Source of the DNA: Clostridiales bacterium
GTDB taxonomy: Bacteria > Bacillota > Desulfotomaculia > Desulfotomaculales > VENG01
Assembly (NCBI GenBank): GCA_021736985.1
Contig: JAIPEW010000001.1
Location: forward strand, 80,239-144,238
DNA length: 64,000 nt
Direction: 5' to 3'
The notes beneath the pieces are model-generated. The model did no database searches, was not told the origin of the DNA, and was given only the letters and a program-made list of their open reading frames with translations. Both the position numbers and the translations under genes were made by a program. Below are positions 58,737 through 64,000 of this stretch, one piece after another. Every line of letters starts with the position of its first letter. Within the stretch, counting starts at the first letter, position 1.

Positions 58737-59591
58737 ATGAATAGAAAACTAGTATTATCAATAATTTCTATTATTTTTATTGGAGTTATGGGCCTTTCCG
58801 TAATATTAAATGAAATAAACTTCTTCAGCAAAATAAACATAAATTTTTTATTATTCAAAAGAACGTTGGATCTATTTGAATTTATTATTTACATATTCAG
58901 TACTATTTTAGCCTGGCAATTATACAAAAAGGAAAGAACTAACTTTTTTAAATGGCTTACTATAGCTTTATCTATTGGATTAGTTATTTCTATTAAAAAT
59001 TATTTATGGATATTTATAGTTTCTTCCTGGGTGCTTACTCAAAAAGTAGAATTTGTTCAAACGGCAAATATAATTAGTACTGGCTCTCACTACCTGCTCA
59101 TTACGTGTCTTTTTGCATTTATAGTTTATGCCGTTTCAAATTATAAAGAAAGCAATCAGAAAAGATTTAACTCTGTTTTTAAGTGGTACTGGATTGCACT
59201 GTTTGCTTTTGTGTATATTTTTTTATTGATTGCAATGCTTCCCCAGGTTTCTGCCTTGTTCGGAGAGCATAAAGTTCCTACCTATGCTGCATTATTCTCT
59301 ATAGATATATTCAGGATTTTAATAGTATCGTACGGCATGTACGTCATTTTGAAAAAACAAAAAATTTTTGAAGACAACTTGCTGAAATGGCTAACTACTT
59401 ATTTGAGATTAGAAATAGTTTATTCTGTAATTGTAGCAATAAATAATGTACTGCAGTTCTCCAGGCTAGTATTTAATATTAATATAAACTTCAATTTTAT
59501 ATTTTATATTACTCATATACTCTCTAGTTTAATTCCTATTTTTATCGTTATTGCACTAATTACGTACAGGAGAAACAAAGAGTATAATTAA
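58737..59591 (+). CDS. polytopic membrane protein, unknown function
   Basis: ATG 58737 (MNRKLVLSIISIIFIGVMG) inside track ORF 58644..59591; ~8 hydrophobic segments; very AT-rich. Confidence 0.55.
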   Translation: MNRKLVLSIISIIFIGVMGLSVILNEINFFSKININFLLFKRTLDLFEFIIYIFSTILAWQLYKKERTNFFKWLTIALSIGLVISIKNYLWIFIVSSWVLTQKVEFVQTANIISTGSHYLLITCLFAFIVYAVSNYKESNQKRFNSVFKWYWIALFAFVYIFLLIAMLPQVSALFGEHKVPTYAALFSIDIFRILIVSYGMYVILKKQKIFEDNLLKWLTTYLRLEIVYSVIVAINNVLQFSRLVFNININFNFIFYITHILSSLIPIFIVIALITYRRNKEYN

Positions 59592-59641
59592 TATTTTTAA
59601 TAAGAAGACTCTAGTTTTTGCTAGGCCTGTAGTACTTTCCT

Positions 59642-59737
59642 CTCCCTACTCCGGCACATAAAATTGTCTGAGCTCAATCAGCCTCTTTCGCTCTCTGAAT
59701 GTGCCTCCGTAGGTCCGCTCCGAGTACCACCGGCCTT
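59642..59737 (-). repeat. family B repeat, copy B3 (inverted relative to B2)
   Basis: The reverse complement AAGGCCGGTGGTACTCGGAGCGGACCTACGGAGGCACATTCAGAGAGCGAAAGAGGCTGATTGAGCTCAGACAATTTTATGTGCCGGAGTAGGGAG aligns with 55402-55527 apart from a ~30-nt internal deletion. Confidence 0.9.
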
Positions 59738-59809
59738 AATACGACTTATCAAATTATAATTTTAGAATATAAAGTTTTCTGTTTTTTTTTAACGGGAGGA
59801 ACTTTTATT

Positions 59810-60109
59810 ATGCTTGCTTTTTTAGCCGGAATATTAATAGGATGGCCTGCTATCCTGTCATCATTATTTATATCATTAACTGGTATAATAAAAAAACAGC
59901 CTGTCTTTTTGATTTTAGGTGGAATAATTATTACAGGCTTTGCCTGGTATTTAACTGGCTCTCCTGCTCTTATATATAAAAAAGTAGGGTATTCTTTGCC
60001 CTTTTTTCATTTTGCTGCTGCGTTTTTAGTAAGATCAGGATACAGGTGGGCAGCATTCCTTTTTCTAATGCCGCATGCATTTGTCGCAGCATATCTGGGT
60101 ATTAAGTAG
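59810..60109 (+). CDS. small membrane protein, unknown function
   Basis: ATG 59810, 9 nt after GGGAGGA; 99 aa, three hydrophobic helices; the track ORF 59699.. extends spuriously into repeat B3. Confidence 0.55.
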   Translation: MLAFLAGILIGWPAILSSLFISLTGIIKKQPVFLILGGIIITGFAWYLTGSPALIYKKVGYSLPFFHFAAAFLVRSGYRWAAFLFLMPHAFVAAYLGIK

Positions 60110-60302
60110 GTTTTTATTTCTGGCCCGAAGAAGGTATAACACGCATACTTCAATGGTATGGTGAAGAGATAGTTTACAAGAAGCAGCATAGGACAAAAGT
60201 AACTATCGCTAAAACTAACGGAAAAGAGAAATCGGTACTGGCAGAGTTGTCCGCAGAACAGCAGCAGTAGAGTAATAATTATTCGAGGAGTGCCCGATCA
60301 AT

Positions 60303-60893
60303 ATGAATAACACTTTTAAACTGGGTTTGTTGGGCGGTATATTATATGTGTTGATATACACTCTTATAGACTTATTTACACCAGTAGGTGTTTTTTTAGA
60401 ATGTATATATATTTTTATAAAATATATTATGAACGATGAATTATGTTTTGGAGCAACACTAATTTCCTCTGGGATGTATTTTATATCCCCAGTTGTTATT
60501 GCTGTAATGGTTGGTTTGCTGCTGCATAAATGGGGGAAAAGCAGTTTAGAACCATTAATACCAGCATTTTCAATTCAAGCAGGGGTGTTGGGGTTGCTTA
60601 TTGTAAGTTCCGTATTGGGTATCTTTGAGTTGCGAAGTAATATTATTTATACTGCTAAAGTGGTAGAATATATAATTTTATATACTGGTCTAGTTGTTTT
60701 ATATATATATCCAGGAAGGTTTCTTTTATATTCATTGTGTGTTTATCATTTACTAGGAGTTTTATTCTTAATGAATGCTTTATTTGCTGCTTGGTACAGT
60801 TTTTCTTCGGCTCTTGTACCAAGTATTAGTATTAGAGCAACAGCAATACCTTTATTATTGTTAGGCTGGCAGGTGACAAGGGGACGGGGTTAG
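60303..60893 (+). CDS. polytopic membrane protein, unknown function
   Basis: 196 aa, ~6 hydrophobic segments; the last seven codons and the stop (VTRGRG*) are encoded by repeat C3. Confidence 0.55.
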   Translation: MNNTFKLGLLGGILYVLIYTLIDLFTPVGVFLECIYIFIKYIMNDELCFGATLISSGMYFISPVVIAVMVGLLLHKWGKSSLEPLIPAFSIQAGVLGLLIVSSVLGIFELRSNIIYTAKVVEYIILYTGLVVLYIYPGRFLLYSLCVYHLLGVLFLMNALFAAWYSFSSALVPSISIRATAIPLLLLGWQVTRGRG

Positions 60894-60907
60894 TGTCACC
60901 TTGTCAC
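60873..60907. repeat. family C copy C3 (full left arm, truncated right arm)
   Basis: GTGACAAGGGGACGGGGTTAGTGTCAC followed directly by CTTGTCAC, i.e. only the outer 8 nt of the right arm remain. Confidence 0.9.
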
Positions 60908-60938
60908 CTGCACTAGCATCAATTATGGGAGGGAAATC

Positions 60939-61130
60939 ATGAGCAGTAGTTGGATTGGAATCTTATATGTAGGCGGTATGTTGTTTTTTTGGGGTTTAGT
61001 TATTGTTTTAATAATTACAGTGATCAGGTTTATAAGACAAAAAAATATACGTGACAAAGAAATATTGTATAAACTTGATGAACTTATTAGTTTACATAAA
61101 GAAAAGGATTTACCACCTAAAGGAAATTAG
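60939..61130 (+). CDS. small single-pass membrane protein
   Basis: 63 aa; N-terminal hydrophobic stretch WIGILYVGGMLFFWGLVIVLIITVI followed by a charged tail; GGGAGGG upstream. Confidence 0.5.
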   Translation: MSSSWIGILYVGGMLFFWGLVIVLIITVIRFIRQKNIRDKEILYKLDELISLHKEKDLPPKGN

Positions 61131-61175
61131 GAGTCCTTAACTTATATAATAATTGTTTAAGGAGCTAGATGGTTT

Positions 61176-61562
61176 ATGAAAGTAAAGTTCATAATTATTA
61201 TGTTAGTTATATTATTTTTAACTGGCTGTACGCAAGTTAGAGAAATGAGCCAATATAAAAATTCTGAAAATCAAGGACGATTACTCAATCCTGATACAGT
61301 AATCACGGAAGATAACGTAGATGATGTTCTTAATTACTTTGAAAAAAAATACAACAAAGACTTCAAACACGTGGAAGCATTTAATATTGATGAAAAAGTT
61401 ACCGTGCAAGAGTTAGAAAAAAATCTTAAAATGCTCGAAAAGTTACCTGATAAAATTACTAATACTCATTATGTAGCTCCTTCTATAGGAACAGAGGCTG
61501 CAGTGCATTTAAGTAAGAGGATGAATTATAGTCATTCAGATGATGATATAGATATTAATTGA
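61176..61562 (+). CDS. putative lipoprotein (possibly truncated by an in-frame TGA)
   Basis: 128 aa; signal peptide with lipobox LTGC; the frame continues open after the TGA at 61560-61562. Confidence 0.55.
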   Translation: MKVKFIIIMLVILFLTGCTQVREMSQYKNSENQGRLLNPDTVITEDNVDDVLNYFEKKYNKDFKHVEAFNIDEKVTVQELEKNLKMLEKLPDKITNTHYVAPSIGTEAAVHLSKRMNYSHSDDDIDIN

Positions 61563-61877
61563 ATTACAAGATATGAAGTTACTGGAAAGGCTTATATTAC
61601 AAATACAGACCATTGGCCTTCTGTCTGGTTAAAAGCACGTAAAGGGGACATTGAGGTTGTTGGTAGTTGGATAGATAATACGCAAAAAGTGTCAAATAAA
61701 AAATTAACAATTTATGCGACAAGCAAACAATTAATGACTACAGTAGAGAATCCTGGAATGAAAGAATCATATTTAAAATTGAAAGCTGATTATACAATAA
61801 AATATGAAATTGCAGGTGCATTAGCAGGTGAAACTAATGTACAAGAAATTATTAAGTTTGATAATTCATACCTGTAA
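61563..61877 (+). pseudogene. in-frame continuation of the lipoprotein ORF downstream of a single TGA
   Basis: Hand translation of 61563-61688 (ITRYEVTGKAYITNTDHWPSVWLKARKGDIEVVGSWIDNTQK) shows no stop and joins track ORF 61689..61877 in the same frame as 61176. Confidence 0.4.
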
Positions 61878-61948
61878 CTCTTTACTCTAAAAGTCGTTTT
61901 AGTGTTGTTGTATTTGACTGCTTATTTTATCATTTTCTTGATATAGAG

Positions 61949-62863
61949 GTGAAAATGATGAGAAAACTATTAATTCTTGTAGTTATTATTATACTTGCAA
62001 TCTTATGGTTTGTACAAAAACCCCTACCTGCCGGAATTTACCCGCAAAAGCAGGCAGGTATGGTTAGGCTGAATAAGAATAAGTTAATTGAGTTTAATCT
62101 CCCGGTGTTCTGGGTTAAACCCTATCCCTGGGTTGATAAGCCTTCAAAGTTAAAAGAAGTCAAGCTGCTCAACCAGAAAGGTGAAGAATTGGCAGTAATA
62201 GACGGTGAATATTATCCTTCAATTAATAAAAATAAAAATCACTGGTACAAACGGGTTGCCGAGGGAGAAATTAGGTTAATATTAAAATCTCAAATGCATA
62301 TTACAGGGGAAAGGGTTATCTTACGAGACCTTGATAAAAAGCCTTCCAGCTATATAGCAGGTAAGCTAATTATAAAAACGTCAAATGATAAACAAAGCTT
62401 TTCCATGCAGGATACATATAAATTTGTCAACTTGGATGAAAATAAATCTCTTGATAAAAAATGGGGAATAACTATAACTACTCCACTTATTAATGAGCAA
62501 ACTTCAAAAGAAAAAGGGTGGATCGTGGGGCTTTCAGGTTCATCCAGGGCAGCATTGGAGAAGATACACTTTTGGCTTCCTGGTATTCCTGAAAATTATT
62601 TCAGGGATAATGTCCAGTATTGTGATGAGCAAAATGCACGTAAATATATTAACAAAGAAAGTTTTAACGGGGTATCGCTGGATTTGCCTTTAAAACTCCG
62701 GCCCGGATACCCGGTGTTAATTTATTTTCCATTTACAGAAAAAATGGAAAAACGTATAAATAATTCACTCGTGCGATTTTGCCCGGTATTCAAGATAAAA
62801 AAACAAACAGGGGAAGAATACTTGATAACTGATAATCATTCAGTAGGTCCTCTAAAAAGATAG
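61949..62863 (+). CDS. hypothetical membrane-anchored protein
   Basis: 304 aa; N-terminal anchor KLLILVVIIILAILWFV; Lys/Asn-rich; no motif recognised. Confidence 0.55.
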   Translation: MKMMRKLLILVVIIILAILWFVQKPLPAGIYPQKQAGMVRLNKNKLIEFNLPVFWVKPYPWVDKPSKLKEVKLLNQKGEELAVIDGEYYPSINKNKNHWYKRVAEGEIRLILKSQMHITGERVILRDLDKKPSSYIAGKLIIKTSNDKQSFSMQDTYKFVNLDENKSLDKKWGITITTPLINEQTSKEKGWIVGLSGSSRAALEKIHFWLPGIPENYFRDNVQYCDEQNARKYINKESFNGVSLDLPLKLRPGYPVLIYFPFTEKMEKRINNSLVRFCPVFKIKKQTGEEYLITDNHSVGPLKR

Positions 62864-62926
62864 GTGACAAGGGGACGGGGGTAGTGTCACTTCAAAGAAG
62901 TGACACTACCCCCGTCCCCTTGTCAC
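62864..62926. repeat. family C perfect palindrome C4
   Basis: GTGACAAGGGGACGGGGGTAGTGTCAC (62864-62890), TTC-AAA-GAA, then the exact reverse complement (62900-62926); begins immediately after the TAG stop of the upstream ORF. Confidence 0.95.
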
Positions 62927-62962
62927 GATATAAAAATACAAATCCAATAGGGAGAGTTAAAG

Positions 62963-64000
62963 TTGGCAAAATTATGGGATAATCAAATAGTTTGGATACT
63001 TGTTATCCTTATTGTTAGTGTGGGTATTTTTCACGGTACCGATCCAGGTCTGCGTGAGCTTCTTATATTTACTGTTCTTTCTGTATTGCTGGTGTTATCA
63101 CTTTATTCAACAAACCGGTTTTATTCAACTGGCAGGGGTACACTTAAATATAGATTAATTAGAACCTGTATTTTATTTATGTTGTTTAGCTTGTACTTCA
63201 TAGCAGTGAGAGAATTGACCGGGTTTTCCCTGGATTATGGATTACTGGTATTATTTTTTATTGCACTTGCAATTTTTGCATTATGGGAACACTTGGATTT
63301 GACCCGCATGGAGAAAGTGATTCTGGTTTTAACATTGCTGGTGATTATTCTTGTAAAAACCTATACTACAAGTGTTATACCTAAAACTAGTGCTCAACTT
63401 TACTTCTCGAAAATCCGGGAGGTGAACAACTTCGAAGAATTTCAAGAAACCCTTACGAAGGATGCCGGGGAAAGTTTTACCAGGGAGGACTTTCTTGAAA
63501 TAAAATCTCATCTCCAGGAATGGCCTTTGAATATGACTCACCCCCTTATAATGGAATACGAGGGAGGGGATATGATTCTGTTGGAAACAGCTCGCGAACA
63601 CGAGGATAGACCTCTAAAGGTAAGCAATATTGAGCTGCTGCCGGAAGAAGTAGCTTCATATTTCAGATATTACCCCCTGGAAATTGAGCGTGAGGCAGAT
63701 ATACCCCAAAACATGGAAGATGATGAAGAGATAACAGAATCAAAAATTATAGAATGCAGGGGAGCATTTGTCAGCCATGGCACTCGACAGCAAAAAAGGG
63801 ATTGGTATGAGCAGCTAATAAGTGTTTTTGGGGACAAGGAAACCTGGGACAATATATGGTTTGAATTAGGCGGCATTCAACCGCCGGAGGGCCCGGTAAT
63901 TGGATACGGTACTGAAAGTGATGGTTACCTGGAAATTTCGTTTGATGAAGAGTGGGAAGTAGATGAAAAACTGCTGGATAAGATATATAAACTTTTTCAT
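62963..64000 (+). CDS. hypothetical membrane protein, 3'-partial (runs off the window)
   Basis: Not in the ORF track (no stop inside the window); TTG 62963 lies 6 nt after GGGAGAG; 346 codons open to position 64000; ~5 N-terminal hydrophobic helices then an acidic soluble domain. Confidence 0.6.
   Translation, partial: MAKLWDNQIVWILVILIVSVGIFHGTDPGLRELLIFTVLSVLLVLSLYSTNRFYSTGRGTLKYRLIRTCILFMLFSLYFIAVRELTGFSLDYGLLVLFFIALAIFALWEHLDLTRMEKVILVLTLLVIILVKTYTTSVIPKTSAQLYFSKIREVNNFEEFQETLTKDAGESFTREDFLEIKSHLQEWPLNMTHPLIMEYEGGDMILLETAREHEDRPLKVSNIELLPEEVASYFRYYPLEIEREADIPQNMEDDEEITESKIIECRGAFVSHGTRQQKRDWYEQLISVFGDKETWDNIWFELGGIQPPEGPVIGYGTESDGYLEISFDEEWEVDEKLLDKIYKLFH

Noticed and set aside
61560-61562. 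In-frame TGA as selenocysteine or programmed read-through
   Set aside because: No SECIS-like hairpin follows immediately. The protein is a small lipoprotein with no redox motif around the site. The island contains another nonsense-interrupted gene, so decay or sequencing error is more parsimonious.
54975-62926. A CRISPR array or integron attC array as an explanation for the recurring 27-nt arms
   Set aside because: The repeats are self-complementary palindromes spaced irregularly at 0.2-5.6 kb with genes between them, and no cas genes are present, so they are not CRISPR. The stems are perfect, lacking the extrahelical bases and R/L box asymmetry of attC, and no intI is present, so an integron is unsupported. 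It remains only a remote analogy.

Overview
This window looks like chromosomal backbone from an anaerobic, endospore-forming Firmicute (Clostridia-like, moderately low GC). Nearly all genes are on the + strand. The order resembles the Bacillus/Clostridium sporulation-housekeeping region: a type IV pilus cluster (four pilin-like genes, pilMNO), tldD / diguanylate cyclase / pmbA, aroQ-pepP-efp, spoIIIAA-AH, asp23-nusB, nfnAB-like, folD, xseAB, ispA, a ~590-nt structured non-coding RNA that I call OLE RNA, its partner oapA, dxs-tlyA-nadK-argR-recN, spoIVB, spo0A, a steA/steB-like envelope operon, a 2-oxoacid:ferredoxin oxidoreductase operon, spoIIM-xerD-deoB-pdp-dacF and spoIIAA-spoIIAB-sigF. Conserved synteny stops right after sigF (54975). 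The spoVA genes expected there are absent. In their place is an AT-richer ~9-kb accessory region with a LytTR/AgrC-like two-component module, a sigma-like protein, many small membrane proteins, gene remnants and two ORFs broken by single in-frame stops. Three unrelated families of intergenic repeats stand out. Family A is a modular, same-orientation element found seven times upstream of operons. Family B is a ~100-125-nt element, with an inverted pair bracketing the LytTR cassette. Family C is a set of perfect 27-30-bp palindromes abutting CDS stop codons. No rRNA, tRNA, CRISPR array, transposase or integrase was recognised.
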